From: an uncultured Spirochaetota bacterium
Lineage (GTDB): Bacteria; Spirochaetota; B62-G9; DRHN01
Direction of reading: 5' to 3'
NCBI GenBank assembly: GCA_964433545.1
Contig: CAYSRJ010000015.1
Location: 18-64,017 of the forward strand
Length of the DNA: 64,000 nt
A program made the translations under genes and the position numbers. This document shows positions 27,521 to 38,800 of the stretch, piece by piece (within the stretch, counting starts at the first letter, position 1; each line of letters starts with the position of its first letter). The notes beneath the pieces are model-generated. The model was not told the origin of the DNA, did not search any database, and saw only the letters and a program-made list of their open reading frames with translations.

Positions 27521-28510
27521 TTACCGCAGTTCCGAAAGAAGATTCTCGTCGATTCCCTCGGGAAAGACAACACCCTTCCACACTTCTGTAAAGGCTTGAA
27601 ACCAGTTTGCGTCGAGTGCCAGGGGCAGGTAATCGGTCTGCAGGCTTCTTTGCGGGTACGGCGGAGTGAAAAAAAAGTTCTTCCCCACAAATCGTCTGAA
27701 CTGCTCGCTTGCGAGGAAATCGATGAAGTACTGTGCCCCTCGCAGGTTTTGAGCATGTGCAGATATGAAAGCGATATTTGTATCCATCACCGTTGTGACG
27801 GGAAATTGATCGGTGTCGAGTGCAGTGTAGTCGATATGAAGAGGGTACTCTGCTTCAAGTAAAGGGATCGCATGTCCGTCGATTGTAAAAGCACCGGCAT
27901 ACCTTCCGTTTTCCAGTACAGCCGTTAATTCTTTTTTTGAGCTCATGTATAAAGGGATGTACCTGTTTATACGATAGAGGACCGTCTTGCCGTATTTTTT
28001 ATAGAGGGTGTACAGTACTGAAGCGGTGTATTTATCCTTCAGCGGGTCGATCGCGCTGATCATACCTGTTAGGTCAACAGGCTGCTTTGTATCAGTTGGG
28101 CCGTTGTCATCAAGTAGGATGGTATTGAATACAAGACAGCTCTGCCAACGGGACCAGGAGACTATCCCGTTGTTGGTATCCTTCCATACATCCGACGTAA
28201 AAGGATGAACCATTTCAGGCGCAGGATTGAAGAAGCCGCCGACAAAAACGTCAAAGCTGTCCCCGGTCCCCTCATATGAAACAAAGATGCACGCGAGGCC
28301 TGTTCGATTATCGATAAACTTTAAAAGTTGAAGGATAGTATCTTCATCGAGATCCGATAGAACCTTTAGATTTTTCGGTACTGAAGGAATTTTATGTTCC
28401 GCCGCCTTGTCGGCTTTCGGTTTTTTAGAAGAGCTTTCGGTCTTTAACGGCGTTCCTGCCAGTATCGATATGATCGGGAACAGCAGAAAGTATAGTCCTA
28501 TTTTTTTCAT
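27521..28510 (-). CDS. Divergent ABC solute-binding protein (Fe3+/phosphonate SBP-like)
   Basis: Signal peptide; last gene of the ABC operon; C-terminal AQYFIDFLASEQ resembles the SBP consensus. Confidence 0.6.
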   Translation of the reverse strand: MKKIGLYFLLFPIISILAGTPLKTESSSKKPKADKAAEHKIPSVPKNLKVLSDLDEDTILQLLKFIDNRTGLACIFVSYEGTGDSFDVFVGGFFNPAPEMVHPFTSDVWKDTNNGIVSWSRWQSCLVFNTILLDDNGPTDTKQPVDLTGMISAIDPLKDKYTASVLYTLYKKYGKTVLYRINRYIPLYMSSKKELTAVLENGRYAGAFTIDGHAIPLLEAEYPLHIDYTALDTDQFPVTTVMDTNIAFISAHAQNLRGAQYFIDFLASEQFRRFVGKNFFFTPPYPQRSLQTDYLPLALDANWFQAFTEVWKGVVFPEGIDENLLSELR

Positions 28511-28517
28511 AGCGGCA

Positions 28518-30212
28518 TTACATTATTTTAATGCCCTTCTTCTTGAAAATAGAGAGAAAGGTAACATGTACGATAACGACAATCCCCACCACGATTGTGG
28601 ACATGGCGCAGGCACTTTCGACGTACCCGTCGTCGATCAGATGGATGATGGTAATCGATGCAAGATCTACTTTCGGGGAAACAAGAAAGATAACGGCGCT
28701 GATGGTAACCATGCTCCGTTCGAAGAAGAAGAGTACGTTGTTCCAGAAACTTATCCTGCTCAGAGGAAAAATCACCTGAAAAAATGATTTCGGCAGGTCA
28801 GCGCCGAGGGAGGTGGCGGCTTCGTCCACCGATTTATCGATATTTTTCATATTCGTCATCGTCGAGAGCATGCCGAGGGTAAAATTGGCGACAATAATGT
28901 TAAGTATGATTATCGATGCCTTGTAGTACAGCCAGTTGACCTTGACGAACGCAAGGATGTACCCGAGACCGAGAACGAGACCTGGGATCGCAGCCGGTAA
29001 AACGGTGATGAGATACAAAAGCTGGTTTCCGTGCGGTTTTCTTTTTTCGACGATATATCCTGCGATCAGCGTCAGCCACGCTCCGAAAAAGGCGACGATA
29101 ATCGAAATCCAGAAACTCGTCCATACCACGGAGATCGATCTGCCGCGGTGCTCGAAGTTGTAGTGACGGGTGCTGAAGCTGGTGAGCCATTTCAGTATCT
29201 CTCTCGATTCTCCCGCTCGGCCGCCCCACACATCGACGATAGATGTCCACAGTATGGTGAGAAAGATGATGATAATCGCGCCTGATATGATGTATGAGAT
29301 CGTGGAGAAGAGCGCCTTCTTCGAAATACTTGAGGGTCTGAGAAACGGGCGTGCGGCACCGCTTATGAGTGAATAGTTCCGCTTGGTAAAATAGTTATTG
29401 AGAACGAATGCGAGCACTGCAGGCACGAGCAGTATCACGCTGATCGTTGCACCCAGATCAAACCTCTGCATTCCATTGACCTGTGTATAGATCTCGGTTG
29501 CAAGTACGTTGTAATCGCCGCCTATTACAATCGGGTTGCCGAAATCGGTGATGGTGAGGTTGAAAGCCAGGGCCGCTGCAGAGAAGATACCGTAACGCGC
29601 CGACGGAATGGTTATCCTTGAAAAGACGGTCAAGGGGCCTGCGCCCAGGGATTCGGCCGCCTCGTTCAGGCGTGTATCCACGGCAGAGAGAGTTGTTATA
29701 AGGATAAGAAGGGCGTAGGGAAAGCAGTAAAAAATCTCAGAGATGATAATACCGGGTGCGCCGTAGATGTCCCACTTTCCGCTGAGCCAGTTTGTGATGA
29801 GCCCGTTTCTTCCGAAAAGTGATATCAGGGCAAGCGCCTGCACGACCGAAGGCGCCATGAGCGGAAGAGAGGATACTGCCTTGTGAAAGGATTTTCCCCG
29901 TATGGTGGTTCTGGTAATCGCATATGCAACGAGAAACGCCATAATCGTAGTGATTGTGGTTGTGACACTGGCGACATAAAAGCTGTTCCAGAGGGACCTT
30001 CGTATACGCGCCTTTCCGAAGTACTCGACGTAGTTGGAAAGGGTAAACCCGCTCTGTGTGAAAACACTCGTCTTTAATATCTGTAAGAGAGGGTACAGCA
30101 GAAAAAAGAGAAAATAGACAAAGATAACGGAAACAATGATATAGGCCACCGCCTGGTCGGGGAGTACGGTGTGCACGGGTTTTATTTTGAGCTCTTCCTG
30201 TCTGTTCATCAT
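28518..30212 (-). CDS. ABC permease, two-repeat FbpB / 2-aminoethylphosphonate type
   Basis: Two EAA motifs (EAAESLGA, EAATSLGA), FGRNGLI, TDFGNPIVIGGDY. Confidence 0.9.
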   Translation of the reverse strand: MMNRQEELKIKPVHTVLPDQAVAYIIVSVIFVYFLFFLLYPLLQILKTSVFTQSGFTLSNYVEYFGKARIRRSLWNSFYVASVTTTITTIMAFLVAYAITRTTIRGKSFHKAVSSLPLMAPSVVQALALISLFGRNGLITNWLSGKWDIYGAPGIIISEIFYCFPYALLILITTLSAVDTRLNEAAESLGAGPLTVFSRITIPSARYGIFSAAALAFNLTITDFGNPIVIGGDYNVLATEIYTQVNGMQRFDLGATISVILLVPAVLAFVLNNYFTKRNYSLISGAARPFLRPSSISKKALFSTISYIISGAIIIIFLTILWTSIVDVWGGRAGESREILKWLTSFSTRHYNFEHRGRSISVVWTSFWISIIVAFFGAWLTLIAGYIVEKRKPHGNQLLYLITVLPAAIPGLVLGLGYILAFVKVNWLYYKASIIILNIIVANFTLGMLSTMTNMKNIDKSVDEAATSLGADLPKSFFQVIFPLSRISFWNNVLFFFERSMVTISAVIFLVSPKVDLASITIIHLIDDGYVESACAMSTIVVGIVVIVHVTFLSIFKKKGIKIM

Positions 30213-31309
30213 GCCCCCTCACCCCTGAATGCGAGAAAATCACCAGGCGGGAAATAGAAGGAGACGGTATCCCCCATGCTGATACTCCGCTCTTCAAACT
30301 CTGTTTCTGTTATATCGACAATTATGCGCTGGCCGGCAAGTTTTACGAGCGAACGGACGATAACACCGAGAAATGTGACGACCTCGATGGTGCCCTTTTT
30401 GATGTTTGCCCTGTCGAAGTCGGCCGGTATGTTTTGTCCGTTTGTAAGAAGAACGATTTTTTCAGGCCGTATCGAAAGTGTAACGGCCCCGGATGCTGTG
30501 CCGGCGGCTTTGAATGCGTCGGAGGTAACGTTGAATGAGATTCCGGTTTTATCATTAACAACAGTGTGTTTTTTAAGCTCGCCTTCAAAGAAGTTGGAGG
30601 TGCCGACAAAATCCGCGACAAATCTGGATTTTGGATTCTTGTATATTTCAATTGGTTTGTCGACCTGCTCGATGAATCCCTTGTTCATAACGATAACCCG
30701 GTCGGAAATCGAGAGCGCTTCTTCCTGGTCGTGAGTGACGTATATCATGGTGATGCCGAGCTCCGTTTGCACCCTCTTTATCTCAGCCCGCAGGTTGACC
30801 CTGATCTTTGCATCGAGTGCGGAAAGCGGTTCGTCGAGGAGGAGAATCTCCGGATAGGTCGCGAGGGATCGGACGAGCGCTACCCTTTGCTGCTGGCCTC
30901 CGGAAAGCTCGGGCGGGTATTTACGCTTCTGGTCGGCAAGCCCTACCAGCTCGAGCAGCTCGTCGACTCGTGCGTCGATTTTGGATTTGGGAACTTTTCT
31001 CATTTTCAGGCCGAACCCAACATTTTCTGCAACGGTCATGTGGGGAAAGAGCGCGTAGGACTGAAACACAATGCCGAAGTTTCTCTTTTGCGGAATGACA
31101 TCGTTGATGACCTCGCCTTTGTATCGAATGATGCCGTTTGAGGGAGTTTCAAAACCCGCTATCATGCGAAGGGTGGTTGTTTTGCCGCAGCCCGAGGGAC
31201 CGAGAAAGCAGACAAACTCCCCCTCTTTAACCTGAAGGTTCATATCGCGAACGGCGACAATCTTGTCGAATTTCTTCGTAATACTTTCAAGAATAATATC
31301 TTTTTCCAT
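30209..31309 (-). CDS. ABC ATPase (FbpC/PhnT-like)
   Basis: GPSGCGKTT, LSGGQQQRVA, LLLDEPLSALDAK, YVTHDQEEA. Confidence 0.94.
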   Translation of the reverse strand: MEKDIILESITKKFDKIVAVRDMNLQVKEGEFVCFLGPSGCGKTTTLRMIAGFETPSNGIIRYKGEVINDVIPQKRNFGIVFQSYALFPHMTVAENVGFGLKMRKVPKSKIDARVDELLELVGLADQKRKYPPELSGGQQQRVALVRSLATYPEILLLDEPLSALDAKIRVNLRAEIKRVQTELGITMIYVTHDQEEALSISDRVIVMNKGFIEQVDKPIEIYKNPKSRFVADFVGTSNFFEGELKKHTVVNDKTGISFNVTSDAFKAAGTASGAVTLSIRPEKIVLLTNGQNIPADFDRANIKKGTIEVVTFLGVIVRSLVKLAGQRIIVDITETEFEERSISMGDTVSFYFPPGDFLAFRGEGA

Positions 31310-31334
31310 TCAGGCCTCCCCGGGTAAAAAGATG

Positions 31335-31361
31335 TTATCCGGACGTTTTTCGTCCGGATAA
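31335..31361. other. Perfect intergenic hairpin (RNA stability or processing element)
   Basis: ttatccggacg-ttttt-cgtccggataa. Confidence 0.6.
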
Positions 31362-31444
31362 TGCCGTTCACCACCGGCAGTAGTTTGCTCTAGAGCGATT
31401 CTAAGTTTTTTTTATGAAAGCGTCCGCCATCTGTAAAAAAAATG

Positions 31445-31480
31445 AAGGACGTTTTGTCCTTCCGGAAACAAAACGTCCTT
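31445..31480 (-). terminator. Intrinsic terminator/attenuator after the SBP gene
   Basis: 13-bp stem aaggacgttttgt/acaaaacgtcctt followed on the minus strand by a T run. Confidence 0.75.
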
Positions 31481-31499
31481 AGTATCGGTTACACATTCC

Positions 31500-32555
31500 T
31501 TATCTTAAAAACTTGTCCTGCCAGGTGATGAGGATATCGCCCCTGTTTGCAGACTGCCAGTCAAAGTCCATCGGAACGAGCTTGATGTCTTCGAGTTTCG
31601 GCAGGTCCGGCCGTGCGGGCGGAATACCGGGTTTGGTTACACCGACTTTCCACTTGGCGTAAAGTTTCATGGCTTCGTCGGAAAGCGCCCAGTCTAAGAA
31701 CTTCTTTGCATTGTTCGGATGTTTCGCCCCTTTCATGAGCGCGTTTGCCTCGAGCTCATACGCACTGCCTTCTGCAGGGAGCACCATCTCCACCGGCTTT
31801 CCCTCTTTCTTGAGGTTCGCAATGACAAACGCGAAGGATGCGCCGATCACATACTCGCCGGCAGCAGCGTACTTTGCAGGCCGTGAACCGCTCTTGATGT
31901 ACTGGCCCATGTTCTTGTCGAGCTTTTCAAGAAATTCCCAGCCCTTGTTTTCGGCAACAGTTTTGTTCTTATAGTCCGGATCCATTGTTTCGAGAATTCC
32001 GGCTACCTGCAGAAATCCCGTTCCCGAGCTTGCGGGGTTGGGCATAATGAGATGTCCGGCATATACCGGATTGGTAAGATCTGCCCATGAGGTCGGCATG
32101 GGAAGCCCGTACTCAGTGAGCTTCTCCGTATTCACGCAGAACGCGGCAAGGTACAGATCGATTGCGTACCAGTTGTTGTTGGGGTCCTTGAACCGAGCGG
32201 GAATCTTGTCGCCTTCTTTTGGAACATACGGCTCGAAGAAACCCCTCTGTGTGAAATCCATCAGATAGGTAACGGCCCAGCCGTATACCAGGTCTGCCTG
32301 AGGATTTTCCTTCTCTGCAAGAAGCTTTGCGCCGAGAACACCCGTGGAGAAACGGGTCCAGTTAATTTTCAAACCGGTTGCTGCTTCAGCAGCCTTGATG
32401 TAATCTTCGGTTTCATCAGTCTCCAGTGATGTGTACAGCGTAATCTCGTTTCCCTCCTCAACTGCTTTGCCTCCAGTTGTTTTTTGCCCTCCGGCAAACA
32501 GAAAAACCGGAAATACCAGCATGCAAACAACGAGAAAAATAACTGCCCTTTTCAT
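31500..32555 (-). CDS. ABC solute-binding protein, putative 2-aminoethylphosphonate/Fe3+ family
   Basis: TLYTSLE, STGVLGAKLLAEKENPQAD, MPNPASSGTGF, YIKSGSRPA. Confidence 0.88.
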   Translation of the reverse strand: MKRAVIFLVVCMLVFPVFLFAGGQKTTGGKAVEEGNEITLYTSLETDETEDYIKAAEAATGLKINWTRFSTGVLGAKLLAEKENPQADLVYGWAVTYLMDFTQRGFFEPYVPKEGDKIPARFKDPNNNWYAIDLYLAAFCVNTEKLTEYGLPMPTSWADLTNPVYAGHLIMPNPASSGTGFLQVAGILETMDPDYKNKTVAENKGWEFLEKLDKNMGQYIKSGSRPAKYAAAGEYVIGASFAFVIANLKKEGKPVEMVLPAEGSAYELEANALMKGAKHPNNAKKFLDWALSDEAMKLYAKWKVGVTKPGIPPARPDLPKLEDIKLVPMDFDWQSANRGDILITWQDKFLR

Positions 32556-32615
32556 CTGTGAACCTCCTTAAAGATTTATTTATTCGCTTCCTTAATAAAA
32601 TACTTGTAATCGCCG

Positions 32616-32651
32616 ATTATAATTGTTAGTTTTCTGTTAAAAAAGTGTTAA
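32616..32651 (-). promoter_or_regulatory. Pho-box-like triple direct repeat plus -10 element
   Basis: Minus strand reads TTAACA-N5-TTAACA-N5-CTAACA-at-TATAAT (exact 11-bp period). Confidence 0.65.
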
Positions 32652-32910
32652 TATTTAAAGTAAATGTATTGTACAATTATTATTCAGGATGGTCAATCTT
32701 TTTTAGTATAGTGACTATTATAAAGTGCAAATAGGGAGTGCATAGAAAGAGCGGTTCGGGTTGAGCTGCTCTTTTTGTTTTTTTCAAAGATTTTTGCGGA
32801 ATTTCTCCATCGAGAGGAGTTTTTTGTGAAATTTTATATGGCGTTGACCGAATTTCTTCGGACATTGCTGGATTTATTAAATAGTAAAATCGAATCCCTG
32901 GTTATCGGTA

Positions 32911-33849
32911 ATGCCTATGTTTAGAATAATTGCCGGAATCTATCTTGGGTGGGGCCTCGGCTCGAACGATGCAGCAAATATATTCGGGACCGGGGTATCC
33001 ACCGGTGTCATCAGGTACAGGACTGCGGTGATACTGACAGCTGTGTTCGTTCTTATAGGCGCTTACCTGGAGGGGGCCCGGGGCATTAAGACCCTCGGCG
33101 GGCTTACTGACATGGATATTACAACGGCATTTATTGCATCGCTTGCCGCAGCAATTACGATAAACGTGTTGACCGTGCTTGCGCTTCCGGTTTCCACCTC
33201 TCAGGCGATTGTCGGCTCCATTCTTGCAATCGGCCTTACATCCGGAGTAGTTGACCTCAGAATACTCGTAAAGGTTCTTTTGAGCTGGGTGTTAAACCCG
33301 ATAACTGCGGCAGTTATTTCGTACGGCCTGTACAAAGTGCTTGGCTGGCTTTTAGAGGGACGGGTAAAGAATATCCGTATGTGGTCCTTGATGATGAGGA
33401 TCGGTTTTCTAATTGCCGGCATATACGGATCTTATACATTGGGTGCGAACAATGTTGCCAATGCAACCGGGGTTTTCGTCAAAGCGGGATTGCTTACTCC
33501 GGTAACAGCGTCGGTGATCGGAGGGCTCTCAATAGGGCTTGGTGTCATAACCTACAGCAAGCCGGTAATGCGAACGGTGGGCAGCAGAATAACAAAGATG
33601 AGCGATTTCGCCGCTCTCGTTGCGGTTTTAGGACAGGACATCACCGTTCATATATTTACCTTTATCGGGGTGCCGGTCTCAACATCACAGGCAATCGTCG
33701 GAGCGGTTATGGGCGTAGGCCTGGTGAAATCGAGTAAATCGGTAAACCTGAAGGTGCTCTGGAGAATCGCCATCGGATGGCTGAGCACTCCGACCGCATC
33801 CCTCATCATAGCGCTCGGTATCCTCCAGGCAAGAAGAATATTTTTCTGA
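32911..33849 (+). CDS. Inorganic phosphate transporter, PiT family
   Basis: GSNDAANIFGT and GANNVANA signatures, PVSTSQAIVG twice. Confidence 0.93.
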   Translation: MPMFRIIAGIYLGWGLGSNDAANIFGTGVSTGVIRYRTAVILTAVFVLIGAYLEGARGIKTLGGLTDMDITTAFIASLAAAITINVLTVLALPVSTSQAIVGSILAIGLTSGVVDLRILVKVLLSWVLNPITAAVISYGLYKVLGWLLEGRVKNIRMWSLMMRIGFLIAGIYGSYTLGANNVANATGVFVKAGLLTPVTASVIGGLSIGLGVITYSKPVMRTVGSRITKMSDFAALVAVLGQDITVHIFTFIGVPVSTSQAIVGAVMGVGLVKSSKSVNLKVLWRIAIGWLSTPTASLIIALGILQARRIFF

Positions 33850-33984
33850 TGGAAGCGGCGTTTGTGTTTCCGCCCCCGGATAATAAATATTTAGTTTTAT
33901 TTGTACCCGTATTATAAATATAAAAAGTTGACCTCGGGTCTATGCAGGAGTAATGTTTTTTATATCAAAAGCAGAGGTGGAAAA

Positions 33985-34269
33985 ATGGCCAAGGCAATAT
34001 GGAACAATACAGTGCTCGCTGAAAGTGATGCTGTTGAAGTTGTGGAAGGAAACGTCTACTTTCCTCCTGAATCTGTGAATCGCCAATACTTGAAAGAGAG
34101 CGACACGCACTCAACGTGCCCCTGGAAGGGCCTTGCGTCGTACTATTCAATAGAGGTGAATGGTGAGATCAACAAAGATGCCGCCTGGTACTATCCCGAA
34201 CCAAAAGAAGCGGCGAGCCATATACGAGGGTACCTTGCCTTTTGGAAAGGGATCGAGGTGCAGGAATAG
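33985..34269 (+). CDS. DUF427 family protein
   Basis: AIWNNTVLAES...VEGNVYFPPESV...STCPWKGLASYY...AAWYYPEP. ATG33985 follows GAGGTGG. Confidence 0.9.
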   Translation: MAKAIWNNTVLAESDAVEVVEGNVYFPPESVNRQYLKESDTHSTCPWKGLASYYSIEVNGEINKDAAWYYPEPKEAASHIRGYLAFWKGIEVQE

Positions 34270-34448
34270 AATATCCCTGTACCTGCGGGTATCTAGAAAT
34301 GCCTTCGGGAAATGGGTCTTCTGAACGGTGAAGATCCTCCGACAATCCTGCATCTTTACATAGGAAAATGAGAAACATGAAATAATAGACATGTTTTGAC
34401 ATGAATCGTCTCGTGACGTATTATAAATAAGGAGAGGAAAAACAGTAC

Positions 34449-35546
34449 ATGTACAATGATGATCATGAAATAAAAAAAACCCGTAGAAAAAACTGGCTCG
34501 ATACAATTGCAAAGGCCGTTCTTGCGGGGATATTTGCCATCAGTGTTCTTTTAAATATTATTCTGATAATTATTGTTGTGGTTATGAGCCTCATAACCGC
34601 TCAGAAGGACAGGGAGTTTGTCCAAAAGGGGTATAATAAGATATATGCAGATGAAAAATTCCCATTCTCCAATCCGGATTCCTCCGATGAGATCGCGGTT
34701 ATACGGGTAAACGGCGTCATTTCAGAGTATGATTCCACTGACGGTATGTTCGGGTATGTTGAAAATCCTGTAAATGCCGTGCGTAATAGACTGAACATCA
34801 TACGTGAAGATAAAAACATACGGGGTGTGCTGCTTTTGATTGACAGTCCGGGTGGGAGTGTAACGGCAAGCGATGTTCTCTACAATACGATCTTGAATTT
34901 TCGCGCTCAAAGCGGGATTCCCGTTGTCAGCTTTATCAAACAGATGGCGGCCTCCGGTGGATACTATATCGCCTCGGCCTCCGATGAGATCGTTGCGTAC
35001 CCGACTGCGCTTACCGGCAGTATCGGCGTTATAATGTATAATTTCAACTTTAAAGGGCTTATGGATAAGTACGGAATCGAGTATGTTGCGGTCAAGTCGA
35101 GCAAACACAAAGACTCGATGTCTCCCTTCAAGGAGGTAGACAGGGAAGAGATTGCCTGGAATCAAAATATTGTCGACCGTCTTCTTGATCGGTTCATAGA
35201 TGCGGTTGCGGAGGGCAGGAAAGGCCTGACCCGCGAGCAGGTGGAAAAGCTTGCCGATGGCAGGCTTTACCTGGCCGAAGATGCACGAGCCCTCGGACTC
35301 ATAGACCAGGTCGGTTATATGCAGGACGCTGTGAAGATACTATCCAAATTGGCGGGTATCGCCACTCCCGCTATTGTTGAGTTTACACGGGGGAGAGGGC
35401 TTCTCGAAAAACTCGGGCAGTTTTCATATAACGTTAAAATGCCGCACATACTGACCGGGCTGTTTTTACGGGACACGATACACAGTACCGCAACGAAGTC
35501 CCCTGCATTCTACTATATTTTGGACGGAGTGCCCTTTTCCGAATAA
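34449..35546 (+). CDS. sppA: Signal peptide peptidase SppA (S49)
   Basis: N-terminal TM; IDSPGGS, MAASGGYYIA, TGSIGV, K.S.HKDSMSPF, DGR.Y.A.DA..LGLID. Confidence 0.94.
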   Translation: MYNDDHEIKKTRRKNWLDTIAKAVLAGIFAISVLLNIILIIIVVVMSLITAQKDREFVQKGYNKIYADEKFPFSNPDSSDEIAVIRVNGVISEYDSTDGMFGYVENPVNAVRNRLNIIREDKNIRGVLLLIDSPGGSVTASDVLYNTILNFRAQSGIPVVSFIKQMAASGGYYIASASDEIVAYPTALTGSIGVIMYNFNFKGLMDKYGIEYVAVKSSKHKDSMSPFKEVDREEIAWNQNIVDRLLDRFIDAVAEGRKGLTREQVEKLADGRLYLAEDARALGLIDQVGYMQDAVKILSKLAGIATPAIVEFTRGRGLLEKLGQFSYNVKMPHILTGLFLRDTIHSTATKSPAFYYILDGVPFSE

Positions 35547-35680
35547 CACCACCGGCAATCTTATAAATACACGCTATGACACGGGCTGCTGACAAACCTG
35601 TTTTCGACCATAGAAAATTATCATAGAAAAATGGTAAAAAATCGTGCAATATGTGCTATACTGGCTATACAGGTCGGCTG

Positions 35681-35734
35681 TATGGTTTTATCCATTGAAA
35701 TTCCAGTTCATCTGGCCGGCTGAATGGGAAAACC
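35681..35734 (+). repeat. Intergenic repeat module Y with stem-loop
   Basis: tatggttttatccattgaaattccag matches the reverse complement of 46483-46508 at 22/26 positions; it is followed by a hairpin. Confidence 0.6.
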
Positions 35735-35749
35735 GCTGATCAGCGAGCC

Positions 35750-35770
35750 TTATTGGTTTGAACCTTTTAC
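35750..35770 (+). repeat. Intergenic repeat module Z, copy 2
   Basis: Identical to 1175-1195. Confidence 0.8.
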
Positions 35771-35871
35771 AACCGAAAGTGCGCTTCCCTGATATTTTTT
35801 ATATTCGCCAGGATACTGAACATTTTGGTTTTTTATGTATAACCCTCGTATGTTGTATAAAAGGGAGAAAT

Positions 35872-38800
35872 ATGATGAAAAGGACATCCCTTCTGCTGGT
35901 TCTCCTGCTGGTTGTACCGGCAGGCTTTGCTTTTGCGGATCAAATTCCCGGTTCGCAGTACTACTATTTAGGCAGCGGTATCAGTTATTTTCCGCTTGGG
36001 TCGAGCGGCGCGGCTGATTTCATGCGCATGGAATCGAATCTGTATAACCCGGCCGCGCTTGCCGATACCAAACGAATTACCTCGGGCCTTTCGCTCGGCG
36101 GATTCGGCGGTGACAACTTTCTTCTTAATTTCGGTGCAAGTTTTCCGACCACTGTCGGTATCATTACGGGCAATGTGCTCGCCCTTACCTCACCGTCGGG
36201 GGTGAGTGCAGGGGATGTAATCGGCATGAAGGGGACGTTCTCAAAACCGGTAAGTGAACAGTGGCTGTTCGGAGCAGGCATCAATGTGGGTTTTGCTAAT
36301 GACGGGCCGGCGCGGGATTTTCTTGCCTCCTTTGATATTGGAACAATATACAGAAAGGAAGTCGGCGGTACGGGCTTCGGATTTTTCGATCATTCAGTCG
36401 GGCTGGCCCTGAAGAATATCGGAAAGAATATTTCCTATTCAGGATACGATGCGTTTCCACCGCTTGAAGCCGATCTCGGCGTGCAGGCTGAAGTAATACG
36501 GCAGGGTATTTACAGGGCGCGTCTTTCAACGCATGCGGCGATTCCCGTCAATCCGTTTAATTTTTTTGCAGGGGTGGGCCTTGAAAATATCTTCTTTGAT
36601 ATGGTCGATGTCAAACTCGGGGCGGGATTGGGAGTGGAGGATGTCGGCCCATTCTCAGTGGGTGTTGATCTGAATTTTGATATAAAGGACACAGGCGTCC
36701 AGTTATCCTATTCGCTTCTACCCACAAATTTCAACGGGAGCAGGCAGATTGTGCATAATGCGGGAATAAACGTCGCCTTCGGTACGTATGATAAGAAGCC
36801 GCCCGAGGCAGCGGTAGATGCAGAGCGTGAATATTTTTCACCCAATCATGACGGAATAAACGATCTGGCAAAACTCGATATCAGTATAAACGACAATACG
36901 ATGGTGTTCGGCTGGAAACTCGATATTACTGACGCGCAGGGAAAACCGGTGAAGTCCTTCGAGGCGAAGGATGTGAGAAAGATCAGGAAAATGACGTTCG
37001 CCAAGTACTTCAAACGGGTGTTCTCGAAAAAACAGGAGGTGGAAATACCGAAATTCATAGAATGGGACGGTGAGGACTCTGAGGGAAACGTTGTGCCCGA
37101 TGGCGAGTACAGCTACGTCCTGACAGCCTGGGACGAGAACAACAATAAAATTGTTACCAAAAAGAAACAGATCATTGTTGATGATGTTACACCCATTGTC
37201 GAAGCGGAAGCGAAAGAGCTCCTCTTCAGCCCGAACGATGACGGAGTCAAGGATACCCTGGATATTACAATCAAGAGCGCAAATATTGGAAAGGACGACG
37301 CAATTGTAATACGTATCAGCGACAGAGACGGAAACACGGTGCTTGAAGAGAAAAAAACAGGCTCTGTCCCGAAAGTCTTCGAATGGAACGGTAGAGACCA
37401 GAGCGGGGCTCTCGTCAAGGAAGGGGTGTACAAATTCACGATTGCGGCATCGGACTTTGCGGACAACCGGACCGAATCCTCGGTGGACGGTATTGTCGTC
37501 CGAACGGAATATGAAAAGATATCCGCATCCCCGGTACTCAAGGCCTTTTCACCCAATGGTGACGGCTATTCGGATATGGATGATATACGGCTGTTCTCGA
37601 GCGGCACCGAGGGGCTCATCAACTGGGATCTTCGTATCGTCGATGAAAAGGGGAGGGATGTGAGGGAATACAGCGGCAGTAAGGTTTTTCCGGATGTAAT
37701 AAGTTTCGACGGAAAAGACAGCGAGGGGGTGGTTTTACCCGACGGGCTCTATTCACTTGAATTCAGGCTTTTCTTCGAAAGCGGGAATCATCCCGAATCA
37801 TTTTACAAGTTTATTCGAATCGACAATACACCCCCTTCCATAACCGTCAGTTCGAATATTACGGCATTTTCTCCCAACGGTGACGGCGTGAAAGACACCA
37901 TGAATATCGTGAACACCATAAAATCCGGCGAGGGAGATATCTTCGAAGCGAAAATCGTCAATGCCGCCGGCGCAACGTTCAAGACATTTGAGTTTGGCAC
38001 GAATCCGCCGAAAGTAATCGTCTGGGACGGTATAGGGGACAACAACACCCAGCCCATTGAGGGTATTTACACCTATATCATTACCGGAAGAGACAGGGTC
38101 GGAAACAGTACAGTGGCAAGCCTGGGTCCTATAAAGCTTGTGACCGGTTTTGAAGAGGTGTCTGTCGAGCCTGACGAGTATATTATATCGCCGAACGGTG
38201 ATGGTATTAAGGACAGTGTTACATTCAATCTGCATACGAGCAGTATGGAGGGCATCGTTGAGTGGAAGCTCGATATTCGGGACAGGAACAATATGGTGGT
38301 GCGCTCCTTCAATAATCAGAATATGGGGAAAGTGCCGCCGACAGAGGTGGTGTGGAACGGAAAAACAGATGCAGGCGCATTGGCAGAGGACGGCCTTTAC
38401 TCGACGGTGCTCAGTATTCTGTACGATGCGGGCAACAATCCGATATCAAAACCGAAGGACATACGAATTGATACACTGGCTCCATCGATCGAGGTGTATG
38501 TCGAGGATTTAAACATTTCACCGAATAACGACGGCGCCAAGGAAACTCTCACCATTTATCAGAGAATGCGTGGCGATAAGGATGATACTTACACAGGCGA
38601 AATCAGGGGCCCCGGTGGTGTCGTGGTGAAGAGCTTCAACTGGGTCGGGAATCCTCCGGCTGAGATTGTGTGGGACGGTCGGGATGACAGCGGGAATCCC
38701 CTTGAAGAGGGGGTATACTCCTACTCCGTCAGAGGGGAGGATGCAGCAGGAAACACAGCCGAACAGAGTATCAACGATATTGTCCTGACAACAGAGTATG

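Noticed and set aside
35758-35871. N-terminal extensions given by the ORF track (also 40033, 22694, 33901, 52263, 4025)
   Set aside because: Downstream ATGs have clear SD sequences and coincide with the start of family homology or of the signal peptide.
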